Shown one piece after another: positions 37,137 to 46,978 of a DNA stretch of 56,485 nt. Positions within the stretch are counted from its first letter, which is position 1; the number at the start of each line of letters is the position of its first letter. This stretch comes from a virus (lineage: Duplodnaviria; Caudoviricetes). The notes below the pieces were generated by a model, which ran no database searches, was not told the origin of the DNA, and was given only the letters and a program-made list of their open reading frames with translations. Made by a program: the position numbers and the translations under genes. Location: positions 1 through 56,485 of IMG/VR virus record IMGVR_UViG_3300002988_000063. One strand, written 5' to 3'.

Positions 37137-37694
37137 TCAATATTTAATGACGTTAACTTTGGGCGGCCTGACTGCCATATTGTAAAAGGTCGTGGTTAAT
37201 CCCGACGCCGCGAAACTTGTGGTCCCGAGCGTAAACGGAACCGTCGCGCAGACTACCTTCGCGTATCCCATAAATATATTGTCTGCAGGTATCACGACAT
37301 TCGTTACGTCCGTATCGCCGACGGCGCCCACGGTCACTTCGGTCGTCGAGTTCACAACATCATAGGAAAAGACATACAGTTTTGTTTCCGTAGTGTTCTG
37401 AACGTCCGCCGTGAGTATTACGTCATCGGTTCCGGTAGCCGCCGTTATAGAATAAAAAACGCCGTCCTTTATTGCCTGGACGGTATTCGTTATTTTTATG
37501 TGCGCCGGATCGCCGGTTGCCGCGCCTATGCCCGGAGTAGCGAGAATGCGAGTCACCGCAGCTTCGCGAAGATCATACTGAAGGCTCACGAGATCCGCCG
37601 TTCCGTATCCGTTCGGAGTGATGTCCGCCGCATACAGCGGGAGCGAGAAAAGAACGATGAAAAGGATTGCGAGTATCAAAAGTTTTTTTATCAT
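37137..37694 (-). CDS. Putative virion/decoration protein with signal peptide
   Basis: GGAGG RBS; MIKKLLILAILFIVLFSLPLYA|A. Confidence 0.65.
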   Translation of the reverse strand: MIKKLLILAILFIVLFSLPLYAADITPNGYGTADLVSLQYDLREAAVTRILATPGIGAATGDPAHIKITNTVQAIKDGVFYSITAATGTDDVILTADVQNTTETKLYVFSYDVVNSTTEVTVGAVGDTDVTNVVIPADNIFMGYAKVVCATVPFTLGTTSFAASGLTTTFYNMAVRPPKVNVIKY

Positions 37695-37791
37695 TGTGAA
37701 AAATCCTCCATTCATTTTTTGAAGAAGGCCGAAGAAATCTGCCCCGAAATCCCCGGCCTTCTTTGGTTAGGTCTCCTGTTCCGGGAGACTA

Positions 37792-38229
37792 TTAATATTT
37801 CTCGTTCAACTGATAGAACTCTATCGAGAAGAGCGCTTTGCCGGTATCTGCCGCAGCGGAGAGCGTCGCCCATATCGAGCCGGCCGCTTTGTAGTATTTT
37901 CCGCCGGTGCCGAAAAGTGTGGATTCCGCTGTCGCGTTCGAGCCTTCCATTGCGTCGAGACCTGCGTTGAGATCTACCGCGGCATCGAATAAATTAGCGG
38001 TTGTGCCGTCGCCTATGTCCGCCGTGAGCGCTGCGCCTTCGAGCTTTTTCTTTACGGTCCTTACGGCCACTACGACGGTGCCTGCGGGAACTTCCATTAT
38101 CTTCACGCGGTCGCCGCTTGCGCAGTTATTAACCGCGAAATCAACTTCGCACTCCGAAGTCGCTTTTATACCGGGCCTGTAAGTGTTATTCGGGGAACCG
38201 TTGTGATCTACAAAATAAGTTACATCCAT
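37792..38229 (-). CDS. Capsid decoration/cement-like protein
   Basis: Directly after the major capsid gene; GD.VKI..VPAGTVV motif. Confidence 0.65.
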   Translation of the reverse strand: MDVTYFVDHNGSPNNTYRPGIKATSECEVDFAVNNCASGDRVKIMEVPAGTVVVAVRTVKKKLEGAALTADIGDGTTANLFDAAVDLNAGLDAMEGSNATAESTLFGTGGKYYKAAGSIWATLSAAADTGKALFSIEFYQLNEKY

Positions 38230-38269
38230 TGTGATTCACTATCCTTTCAATTTATTTTTTATTCGCCGA

Positions 38270-39292
38270 TTAGTCCGAAACCTGCGTTCTCGCGAAGAGC
38301 GCTTTTACAACTGCCCAGTCGTAATCGAGACCGGTGAAGTTCACTCTTTCGCAGCCGAGAATGAAATCCCAGCAGTATGATTTCCAGTGGTTGTGCTCGC
38401 GCGGCTCTACCGAGATTCCGAAGTTCGGGCCGGGTGCATAGCATAACGCTTTCTGGCCGAGGAAATAAGCTTCGCCGTAAGGAACGGTCGCGCCGTTTAA
38501 GCCGGCCGCGAATATCGGAAGGCGTCTGTGTGAGTGGAGAATTACGCCGTCAACGACAGCCGTTGCGCCTGTGAAAAGCGGATTGTCTTTACCGCGTGCC
38601 TCGGCTTCTCTCAAGTAAGCCTGCATCGTCGGATCCTGTTTGAAATCGAAAAGGAGATCGTCATGCACCAGGCATACGATATGTTCTTTGCCGTCAACCA
38701 TGTACGGTATCATCGGCTGCTGCGATTTGTTCCAGCCGTTGAGCATACCTGTTTTGATGAAGGAGAGCGCGCGAGGCGTTATCTTATCGCCGGCCGCGAG
38801 GCCTGAAGGAACTGCGCCAACGCCGGTGGTCGGTGTGGCTTTGCCGAGGAATACTTTCGTATGTCCGGCAGCGGTGAGCGCGTCGAATTTTTTCTTATCG
38901 ACGTATGCGGCGCCGAGGCGTTTGAGCGCGGATTCGGTTTCGTCGTCAACTTCGAATAATACCCTCTGTGAAGAGAGTCCGCCGTCGGCACGGGCCGCGA
39001 GCGATTCCATATCGATCGCGATATTCTGGTTATAGTGCGAAAGAACCTGCTCGGATCCGTAAACGGACTGGCCGTTCTTGATGACTTTGTTCTCGTCGAG
39101 TACGTCCATGGCGTATATCTTTATGGTGTCGCCCTTGCTTTTTTTCAGCGCGTCTTTTACATATACGCAGGAGTCGCCTTTCTTGGATTCGAACTTATTG
39201 AAATACGTCGAGTCGAGCGTCAAGCGCATCATATCCTCATCGTAAAGTTTCTTGGTTGCGGGGTCATCGGTTGCATAAATTTTTATTGCCAT
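38270..39292 (-). CDS. Major capsid protein (N4-gp56/DUF4043-like)
   Basis: LKKSKGDTI, G.E..L, DP.....REAEARG.DNPLFTGA...DGV. Confidence 0.9.
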   Translation of the reverse strand: MAIKIYATDDPATKKLYDEDMMRLTLDSTYFNKFESKKGDSCVYVKDALKKSKGDTIKIYAMDVLDENKVIKNGQSVYGSEQVLSHYNQNIAIDMESLAARADGGLSSQRVLFEVDDETESALKRLGAAYVDKKKFDALTAAGHTKVFLGKATPTTGVGAVPSGLAAGDKITPRALSFIKTGMLNGWNKSQQPMIPYMVDGKEHIVCLVHDDLLFDFKQDPTMQAYLREAEARGKDNPLFTGATAVVDGVILHSHRRLPIFAAGLNGATVPYGEAYFLGQKALCYAPGPNFGISVEPREHNHWKSYCWDFILGCERVNFTGLDYDWAVVKALFARTQVSD

Positions 39293-39299
39293 AACTTAT

Positions 39300-40478
39300 T
39301 CACTTCCTGTCTTTATATTTTTTTAATAACTCCCGGATCTGTTTCGTCGGCATCTCTTTTATCTTCTCATCCGTGAGGTTCGATAAATCGTCGCCGCCTT
39401 TAAAATTGTTATTCGCCGGTGCCTGGCCGGAAGTATTCGACATGGACCCGCCTTTTGCGGCGCGGTCTATTTTATCCAGGACATCAGCGGGCGCACTCGT
39501 TAACTGCGCTATCTTTGCTTCTAATTGCTTGATTTTAATACTGTCCTTCGCTCTCATCGAATAGTTGTAAAGCATGTCATCCGGGACGGTGGTATATTTC
39601 TTTTTCTTAAATTCCTCGATAAATTCAGGCGGCATCTTGTCCACCTCGGCGAGGATCGAGTAGATCTCGTTTTCAATCGCGTCGTATTCCGGAACCATGA
39701 TCTTTATGTTCTTCTCTTTTTCCTCGCGAGCTTTACGGGCGGTGTCCTCAGCCTCGAGCGCCTTTGTCTGCTTCTGTGCGAGGTTCGTTTCGAGCGAGAG
39801 CATTAAATGCTCTTTGACCTTTGGATTTTCAAGGGCCTTGATAAAGCCTTCGGGTTTTCCGTCAAGCAGATCGTTCACGAAATCGCCAAGATCTGCCCCG
39901 GATTCGCCGGCGTTATTCTGACCCTGCGGCGCGGCGGCGCCAGGTAGATGAGTCTGTAAAAAGTCGATCGCCTTCTTTGGATCCGCGAGCATATTATTAA
40001 ACGCGCCTATGATCTTGCGCATTTCGCCTATCTCGTTTCCGCGCTTATTCTCGAAGTCGGATTTGTCCTTGATGATTTTGTCGCGCTTCTCAAGTTCTGT
40101 CTTGAGTTCGCGATAACGGGCTTTGGCCTTCTCGGGATCGGTTGTATCCAGATCTTCATCTGAACCGTCGCCGTCGGCTTTCTGCTCTTTTTCATCAGGC
40201 TTTTTCTCGTCGGGCTTCTTCTCGGGATTGGCGTCCTTATCTTCCTTGGCCTCTTTTTCTTCCTTCGGTTTGCCGTATAATCTTTCGCGGATTTTTTCCG
40301 ATGGCAGATCTCTGATGTCCTGATCCGTTAATTCATTGTTCTGCTTCTCGGTTACCGGCTTCTCGTCGGGAGGCGGCGGGATGTTCGGGACGGTATTCCA
40401 TCCGGGAGACATCGACGGGGTTGACTGAGCATTAGCGTTTGTTTCTGAGGCGGGTGCTGCGTTTCCAAGTGCGGGCAT
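39300..40478 (-). CDS. Scaffolding protein
   Basis: Charged coiled-coil protein between portal and capsid genes. Confidence 0.75.
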   Translation of the reverse strand: MPALGNAAPASETNANAQSTPSMSPGWNTVPNIPPPPDEKPVTEKQNNELTDQDIRDLPSEKIRERLYGKPKEEKEAKEDKDANPEKKPDEKKPDEKEQKADGDGSDEDLDTTDPEKAKARYRELKTELEKRDKIIKDKSDFENKRGNEIGEMRKIIGAFNNMLADPKKAIDFLQTHLPGAAAPQGQNNAGESGADLGDFVNDLLDGKPEGFIKALENPKVKEHLMLSLETNLAQKQTKALEAEDTARKAREEKEKNIKIMVPEYDAIENEIYSILAEVDKMPPEFIEEFKKKKYTTVPDDMLYNYSMRAKDSIKIKQLEAKIAQLTSAPADVLDKIDRAAKGGSMSNTSGQAPANNNFKGGDDLSNLTDEKIKEMPTKQIRELLKKYKDRK

Positions 40479-40528
40479 AGACTACTCCTTTTGCGGCACG
40501 GGGTCCGTGGTGTTCCGCGTTTATTTCA

Positions 40529-42772
40529 TTACGCTGCCAACTGCTGACCGGCTGCTCCGGGTTGAAGTTTGGCGAGTAATGTTTTTAATATTTCCGTTTT
40601 CTGTTTGTTCTGCTCGTCCGCTGATTTCGCCTGCTCCGCTGCCGTCACCATTTTCATTATCTCGGCCTTATCAGGCTCAGGGATCGGGGACATCTTTATG
40701 AGAACGGGCATCGGGATGGCCAGACCTTTACCGGCCATATCAGCCATGAGAAGGTAGTTCGCCATCTTGGTCGTTGGAGCCTCGGCGCTCTCGCCCACTG
40801 CCACGTCGTATTTTGTAAGGTCTGTATTTCTCAGGAGCTCTATGATCTGGTCTTTTGAATATTTTTCGAAGGGCTGCTTGCCGATCTCTATTGTGTTACG
40901 CTGATTGCGTGAATTCAATATTCTGTATATTCTCTCGGGCGTATATGTTTTCTGGATGACCGCGACAATAAGCTTGCCGAGTCTATGTTTCGCGAGGCCC
41001 GCGTTATCGAATAAGAATTCATTTCCAAGCGTGGCCGATTGTTTTCTCTGGAGGATAGCGACGCCGCTGTCAGCGTTCGAAGGCTGACCGGCCATCTCTG
41101 AATTGATGCTAAATATTCTATCGAATAACGAGAGCATGCTGCTGTTATAACGCTCGAGCGCAACCGGCGTCTGCATTCCGTCTTCGCGAATCGGCCTGTT
41201 GTTTTTCGCGTCGACGAGTTCCAGACAGAAGCCAGGCGTCGCTACGATATCCTTGAAATTCTCAACATCATCATCATTGGCCAACATGCCCTTATCCCAG
41301 AACCAGCCGCCGCCGTTCATCTTATTGAGAAGGTCCGCGTGCACGGAGTAGCGTTTGTTCGTCTCGTCCTGGATGTCGAATACATGGCGGACCTTGCCGA
41401 TAAATCTATCTTTGATCTTCTCCGCATAGACCGGCGCCACGAGGAAGTCCGGAATGTCGGCGTAATATCTTTCGAGGTGGACGGCATGCGCGATCTTCGT
41501 TACGAGGATTTTCGTATTCACGCGATTGACCACTTTGACGCCCGGGATCTTTTTGGCCATGGCGATATCCGCATCAGACCAGCCGGACAATACAGTGATG
41601 AAAGGATTCAGCGGGTCGGCCGTATCGGCGAACACGTTCACGCTCTCATAGACTTTTTCCCAGGCTTCTTTGACGCGGATGTTTTTATTATTGCGATCGA
41701 TATCGTCATCGGCGAGCTTTGAGATATCCGGCGATATCTGAATATATTCGGGGATGTTCTTCTGGTCGTAAACGCTTTCGTCCGGGCCGTTTATCGTTCC
41801 GGTGCCAGGCGTCAATATCTTTTCAAGCTTATCTTTCAATGCCGGGTACATGCGCTTGAGATTCTCGATCGAGAAGTATTTAACCTTGACGAGATATTCG
41901 AGATCGTACAGGTCTTTCTTCGTATGCGGCCCGAGTAAAAGATTGTCATAGTCAAACTTTTCAATCTTTATGTCGCCGTGGATATTCCGCGAGTAGTCAA
42001 CGAAAAGATTCCAGAAACTTAAACCCGCTATGGCCGCTTCTGAAAAGACGTCGCTTTCCTCGTTCGCGAAATTGTTCTCGTCACACAGCGCTTTCACAAG
42101 ATGATTCAACATCTCGGCGACAAGCCCTGACTCATCCTCGCGCGGCCAGAACTTCATATCGGTGCGGTTCGTCCGCTGGATGCCCATTAATATTTTTATG
42201 CCGGCCTGGATAATGTTTATTGTGAGCGCCGCGCGTTCGACGTTCTCCACTGAGTCTTCGTCTTCTTCGTTCCACTGCTCGCCCATATAATATTTATAGG
42301 CCTTCGCCGCTTCCTCGAGGCTCTTGCGGTTTATCTGATAGGCCTTGTCGTAATAACGATGTACCCGCTCGATGTCATCCTTCTCGTCGAAGTCTTCTTC
42401 ATCGGCCGGCAACGTATCAGTTATCACTATGTCTTCCAGTTCGTGTTTATGTCCGTCCGGTCCCGGCGTCATTTCCAAAGGCGATTGCATGGCGGGAGGT
42501 TCAGACGCGCCCTGCATCATCGGAGTCGCGCCGGGATCAGGCGGGATATTTGAATTCTCTTGTAACATCTCGGGAGGAATGCCGGGGCCGGGCTGCATCG
42601 TCGACATTGCCGCAGGTGGTTGATTCATCATAGGAGCCGTCATCTCCCTGCGCACCATCTGATGAATATGTTTCTCGGCCCGCGAACTGCGCCCGGTCCC
42701 ATCATCCGATAAATAAAAAACATGGGCATGTTTTAAGCTTGGATTATCAACCGTTCTTTTAAACGTTGGCAT
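40529..42772 (-). CDS. Portal protein (P22-like)
   Basis: YYMGEQW, LTINII, SGVAI..R, KYDVAV..SA..PT. Confidence 0.9.
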   Translation of the reverse strand: MPTFKRTVDNPSLKHAHVFYLSDDGTGRSSRAEKHIHQMVRREMTAPMMNQPPAAMSTMQPGPGIPPEMLQENSNIPPDPGATPMMQGASEPPAMQSPLEMTPGPDGHKHELEDIVITDTLPADEEDFDEKDDIERVHRYYDKAYQINRKSLEEAAKAYKYYMGEQWNEEDEDSVENVERAALTINIIQAGIKILMGIQRTNRTDMKFWPREDESGLVAEMLNHLVKALCDENNFANEESDVFSEAAIAGLSFWNLFVDYSRNIHGDIKIEKFDYDNLLLGPHTKKDLYDLEYLVKVKYFSIENLKRMYPALKDKLEKILTPGTGTINGPDESVYDQKNIPEYIQISPDISKLADDDIDRNNKNIRVKEAWEKVYESVNVFADTADPLNPFITVLSGWSDADIAMAKKIPGVKVVNRVNTKILVTKIAHAVHLERYYADIPDFLVAPVYAEKIKDRFIGKVRHVFDIQDETNKRYSVHADLLNKMNGGGWFWDKGMLANDDDVENFKDIVATPGFCLELVDAKNNRPIREDGMQTPVALERYNSSMLSLFDRIFSINSEMAGQPSNADSGVAILQRKQSATLGNEFLFDNAGLAKHRLGKLIVAVIQKTYTPERIYRILNSRNQRNTIEIGKQPFEKYSKDQIIELLRNTDLTKYDVAVGESAEAPTTKMANYLLMADMAGKGLAIPMPVLIKMSPIPEPDKAEIMKMVTAAEQAKSADEQNKQKTEILKTLLAKLQPGAAGQQLAA

Positions 42773-42777
42773 AATTT

Positions 42778-44358
42778 CTACGCTCCCATAAATGTTTTCT
42801 TGCCTTTAATATTTTTCAAAGCCTTTAGCTTTCTCAGCCTCGCCGCCGCTTCATCTTCTTTTAAAGGGCGAAACGATATATAATTAAAACCGCGATCAAA
42901 CGTTAAGGATAAAGAATCTGCCTTGTCCGGACTCCTGCGCAAGCGGCGTCTTATGTCGTCTTTAGCTTCTATCTGTATCAGCCCTTTGTCATTGCGCTTC
43001 CACTTGATGCACGCCAGTTCTTCTATCAACTCGGAATCGTTAGGTATCGATAACAGCCCGTTCTCGAATGCCTCGCGCATCGTCCAATATAATTCCGCCC
43101 GCTTATTCGCGAATCTGCTTTTGTCTCGCGCGTCGCCCTGGCTGACTATGCTCCTGCAATTCATGAACTTCTTCTGGATCACTGGAAACAGGAATGTCCC
43201 TACGCCGTTGGTGTCCATAAACAAAATCGCCGGGTCCTGAAGCGTCGCAAATTCTTCGATCTCATCCATGATCTGTTGCGAGCGAACGTTATTAATAACC
43301 ACTGTCTTATCAACTCGCCCGCCATACCGCGGAGTGATACAAGTTCTGTCGTGGCCCTGACCTGCAGGATCTATCCCGAGGCATCCCTTTAATTCCGGCG
43401 GCACTTCGAGCTCTCTATTCTTCGCAAGCATCAGCCATTCAATAGGAATCAGCGCGTCCTTCTCCACGTTCGGCGGAAGGCCCAGCACGAACACGCGATA
43501 ATAATTACTGTCGCGCCCGTGTCTCGCCGCTCTCTCAATTGCCGCCCTTGAAACCAGCTCACTGTCTTCTGCGTTCCAATTCAGGACAATCCAGTTCGCA
43601 CTTTCCTCCGGGTCGAACGCCGCACGATACGCATAGCCGGTCGTTCTCGTCGGGTTATAAAGCAGGATCGCTAAATTCAAATCGCCGGTCATCGTCGAGT
43701 CCATTGACATGAACACGCTCTCGGTTACGCCGTCGGCCTCCGTGACCACGAAAACAAGCACTGGCGCATGCAAGCCGTCGAAGGTTTTGCTTGACATTTC
43801 CTCGGAAGAATTTTTCTGCGCCACTTTCATGAACGCGAAACCTTTCTTCTTATCCGTCATTTTATTAAAGATCGTTGTGGCGCCGATGTCATAGTTCTCT
43901 GATATGCAGCACTTGGCCTTCTGCGTCTTCTCGTCCTTCGCGTAAACCCACGTTTTAACTTCCGGCCAGGTGATCGTCTTTAACTGGTCCTCGCCCGGCG
44001 CTGTGCAGATGATCTTCGCGTCATGCCATACGTCTATGAAGTATGCGATCGTCGCCGCACCCGCTCCGTCCTTGCCTACGCCCTTGCCCGCCGGTAACGC
44101 TATGCCCTTCTTCGCCGTGTATCTCTCAAGATGCTCAGACTTTATCTGATCCGCAGTCCCGTACTTAAGCAAAAATTTCGCCCGTAATAATTTCCCCAGC
44201 GCCGTCCAGTATTCAATCTGCTGCTTTGTCGGCTTCATCCCCAAGATCTCGCGAACCCACGCCAGAGGATTAAACAAGTATTCCTCATACAGTTCTTGTA
44301 ATCTGCGCGCCTGCTCCTCTAACTGCGGCGGTAACGTTATCTCGGGTTTGCTGCTCAT
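42778..44358 (-). CDS. terL: Terminase large subunit
   Basis: AGKGVGK Walker A, NPTRTTG, LGIDPAG.G.D, SPDKADSL. Confidence 0.95.
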   Translation of the reverse strand: MSSKPEITLPPQLEEQARRLQELYEEYLFNPLAWVREILGMKPTKQQIEYWTALGKLLRAKFLLKYGTADQIKSEHLERYTAKKGIALPAGKGVGKDGAGAATIAYFIDVWHDAKIICTAPGEDQLKTITWPEVKTWVYAKDEKTQKAKCCISENYDIGATTIFNKMTDKKKGFAFMKVAQKNSSEEMSSKTFDGLHAPVLVFVVTEADGVTESVFMSMDSTMTGDLNLAILLYNPTRTTGYAYRAAFDPEESANWIVLNWNAEDSELVSRAAIERAARHGRDSNYYRVFVLGLPPNVEKDALIPIEWLMLAKNRELEVPPELKGCLGIDPAGQGHDRTCITPRYGGRVDKTVVINNVRSQQIMDEIEEFATLQDPAILFMDTNGVGTFLFPVIQKKFMNCRSIVSQGDARDKSRFANKRAELYWTMREAFENGLLSIPNDSELIEELACIKWKRNDKGLIQIEAKDDIRRRLRRSPDKADSLSLTFDRGFNYISFRPLKEDEAAARLRKLKALKNIKGKKTFMGA

Positions 44359-44489
44359 CTATATTCAATATCCCTTATACACTTTGTTAAATTTTCTTGG
44401 GTTGCGCGGGGGTTATGGGATAAAGTTTTTTCAAAACTTCGGACCATGCCCCGCCGCTGCCCCCCCTGTGCCTTGGGTGTCAGGTGTTT

Positions 44490-45236
44490 TCAAATGTCAG
44501 ACCAATCTGCAGGCGCGTCTTTCTGCTGATCTTCAGTGCCTTGATTGCCTGGCCGGACTGGGTCTATCTGTATATCAATGACCGATGAATCTGCGGGGGT
44601 TCCTTCAAAATTGGTTGACATATTATCTGTTATCGGACTGGACACGTCTAATCGGATTGGCTCTGCCACAAGGCTTTTACTGTTTATATCGCTTTCCTTA
44701 TATTCGGTTTGCTGCGGTGCGGTTTCGCCTATCGTTGATTTAAGCATCTTTTCAAGTGACGTCTGTTTGCGGTGTTCTACCTTCTCGATCGCAGATTGTC
44801 TGGCGCTATTCACAACCTGAAGAATGTTGATCGTCATGTTCTGCGCGAGCATACCGAGTTCCTTCTTCTCCGTGGTCGCTGCCAGTATGCGGATCGCGTC
44901 TGAATCTTCAAGCTCGCCCTCTCTGGCCTTGTAAAGTAACATTCCGATGACTTCTTGCTTAAGTTGCTCTACCGTTGCGTTTTCGACCACTTTACGGGGG
45001 GCCTTTGGCTTCACTTCCTGCTTTAGTTCCGGCTCGGGTTTTGTTTTTGGTTTTTCAACGAACTTGGCCGCGGGTGTTTTTGGCGGCTCGGGCTCCATAT
45101 CACATGCAAGCATCTGTTTCTTAATTTTGGCTACGGTTGCAGAGCTTGCGCCAGTAGCTTTTTGAATATCATCCCATTTTTCACCGGCGAGGAGCATTTT
45201 TTTAATTTGAGTTCGAACAGGATAAGAAAGTCCCAT
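44490..45236 (-). CDS. Putative terminase small subunit
   Basis: N-terminal HTH (WDDIQKATGASSATVAKI); upstream of terL. Confidence 0.6.
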   Translation of the reverse strand: MGLSYPVRTQIKKMLLAGEKWDDIQKATGASSATVAKIKKQMLACDMEPEPPKTPAAKFVEKPKTKPEPELKQEVKPKAPRKVVENATVEQLKQEVIGMLLYKAREGELEDSDAIRILAATTEKKELGMLAQNMTINILQVVNSARQSAIEKVEHRKQTSLEKMLKSTIGETAPQQTEYKESDINSKSLVAEPIRLDVSSPITDNMSTNFEGTPADSSVIDIQIDPVRPGNQGTEDQQKDAPADWSDI

Positions 45237-45453
45237 AAAGTAAATGCTCCAATCTCAAATTGATACAAATTTGTCTCATAATGATATTGTAAGCGATAGA
45301 CAAAAAAAGATAAATGAAAAGCATTTTAAAACCTGTGAAAATCATTTGTATCTAATATAGATAGATACGGAGCATAAAAAAGCGGAGTTCGGCGAGTAAT
45401 TTTTCGGTGCTTAGACAGCCATTAAACGGGCGCACGACAAGGGATTTGATGCC

Positions 45454-45674
45454 ATGGCGGAGTAACCGAGTAAAAAACGACTTAAACATTCTCTATATAT
45501 GTGCATAGCACGATGTGTATAGCGCTTAAGGCTAAGGCAATATACTATTGTACTATTATTAATAAATATTACTCGGTTACTCCGCCGAGTGTTTGAAACG
45601 GCTTGACGCTTCTCGTTTTTGACCTTCCGAGTAAATCGAGAATATACTCCGCCGTTACTCGGTTACTCCGCCAT
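45454..45674. repeat. Iteron-like convergent repeats around an AT-rich core (candidate origin or pac region)
   Basis: GGCGGAGTAACCGAGTAA at 45456, reverse complement at 45569 and 45655, plus partial copies. Confidence 0.75.
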
Positions 45675-45716
45675 AAAAAAAGAAAGCGATTCTCAGATCG
45701 AGGACCGCCAGAAAGC

Positions 45717-45747
45717 AAAAAATCCCCCGGCGATTAAGCCAGGGGAT
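45717..45747 (-). terminator. Intrinsic terminator of the ankyrin moron
   Basis: ATCCCC.GGC...GCC.GGGGAT stem followed by a T-run on the minus strand. Confidence 0.65.
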
Positions 45748-45773
45748 CTCTGGAGACGTTACGATCGAAAAAT

Positions 45774-46625
45774 CTATTCTTCGAAAAGTTTAATATGTTT
45801 CGGCTTCGCGGCCTTCGAATATTCTTCTGCGGTGTTGCCGTTTTTATCTTTGGCTTTGACGTCGGCGCCTTTCTCAATCAGCTGATCGGCGAGCTCATTG
45901 AGCTTGAATAACTTGGCGAGCATGAGAGGAGTCAAGCCGTCGCTGCCAGCTTCGTTGATCGCGTAACGATTACTTTTGATAATGCGTTCGGCAGCGATCG
46001 TGTTACCGCATTTGATATGCCAGGTGAGAAACGTGTCTCCTGATTTGACTCTGCAATCCTCTTCGTATTGAACTCTTTCAGCTTCTGTCATGCCACGCTG
46101 GCCGCCATTTGCGTTATTAAGCTCGGCCTGATCTTGAAGATAGTTTCCGATGGCGGCGAGAGCGCCCGAACCTTTCCCGGGACCGGCAACAAGGCGCTGG
46201 CGTCCGCTTGGAGAGGCGGTTTGATTTTGCTTTATAATTTCCAAGATCTTATTGGCGATCGTTCGCAGATCCGCGGCGACCAACAAACTTTTCTTGCCCT
46301 GAAAATCTCCATAAACGGCGGAGATATGTAGCGTGTTCGCCTCAACTAAAAGGCTCTGGCCTGTTCTATAAGCTCGAGCAGATCCATCTAAAATATAAAT
46401 GTCGTTGGCTGTAACGCCTATAGCGAGAATGGGAAGGTCAACAGAAATACCGCCGACGCCTTTTATCTCGGTGCCTGTAATTATTATTTGTTTGGCGTGT
46501 TCGATATGTTTATTCAGGTCGATCTGATCCAGAAACTTTTCGGCGTCATAATCCGTCATATATTCTGCCCGCGCCGAACCGGCAAACAATAAGATCAGTA
46601 TTATTCCGATGATTATTCTTTTCAT
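45774..46625 (-). CDS. Secreted protein with C-terminal ankyrin repeats (moron-like)
   Basis: MKRIIIGIILILLFAGSARA|E; DGLTPLMLA...LIEKGADVKAKDKNGNTA. Confidence 0.8.
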   Translation of the reverse strand: MKRIIIGIILILLFAGSARAEYMTDYDAEKFLDQIDLNKHIEHAKQIIITGTEIKGVGGISVDLPILAIGVTANDIYILDGSARAYRTGQSLLVEANTLHISAVYGDFQGKKSLLVAADLRTIANKILEIIKQNQTASPSGRQRLVAGPGKGSGALAAIGNYLQDQAELNNANGGQRGMTEAERVQYEEDCRVKSGDTFLTWHIKCGNTIAAERIIKSNRYAINEAGSDGLTPLMLAKLFKLNELADQLIEKGADVKAKDKNGNTAEEYSKAAKPKHIKLFEE

Positions 46626-46978
46626 AATCGATCTCCTTATAAGTAAAATACGTCATATATTATAACATAGCTATATCAATAATTCAAACTTTTGAGGATT
46701 TTCAAGCAGATGTAATTCTGACTTTTAACCTCATAAATTGAAAAAAGCGTAGGCGCCGGTGAACAAAAAATCTTGAAAAAGTTTCCTCTATCTGGCAGGG
46801 CGTTTCATTCTCTTAAAATGCGAATATACTCAATATTATTCGTGCTTTTCTGAAGCGTTGACTTTCGATTCTCACCCGTGATATAATGGGAACATCAAGG
46901 GCAATCAATCGAAAATATTTTCGAAACAAAGGGCTGGGCGGTCGCGACGATCCGGCGAAGAGAATAAAGAGAGGTCCG

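Noticed and set aside
19595-45236. Domesticated element (tailocin, gene transfer agent or secretion system) rather than a phage
   Set aside because: att site, integrase, switch, replication, packaging and head genes are all present as intact ORFs.
45380-45674. Repeats as a mini-CRISPR array
   Set aside because: Mixed orientation and irregular spacing.
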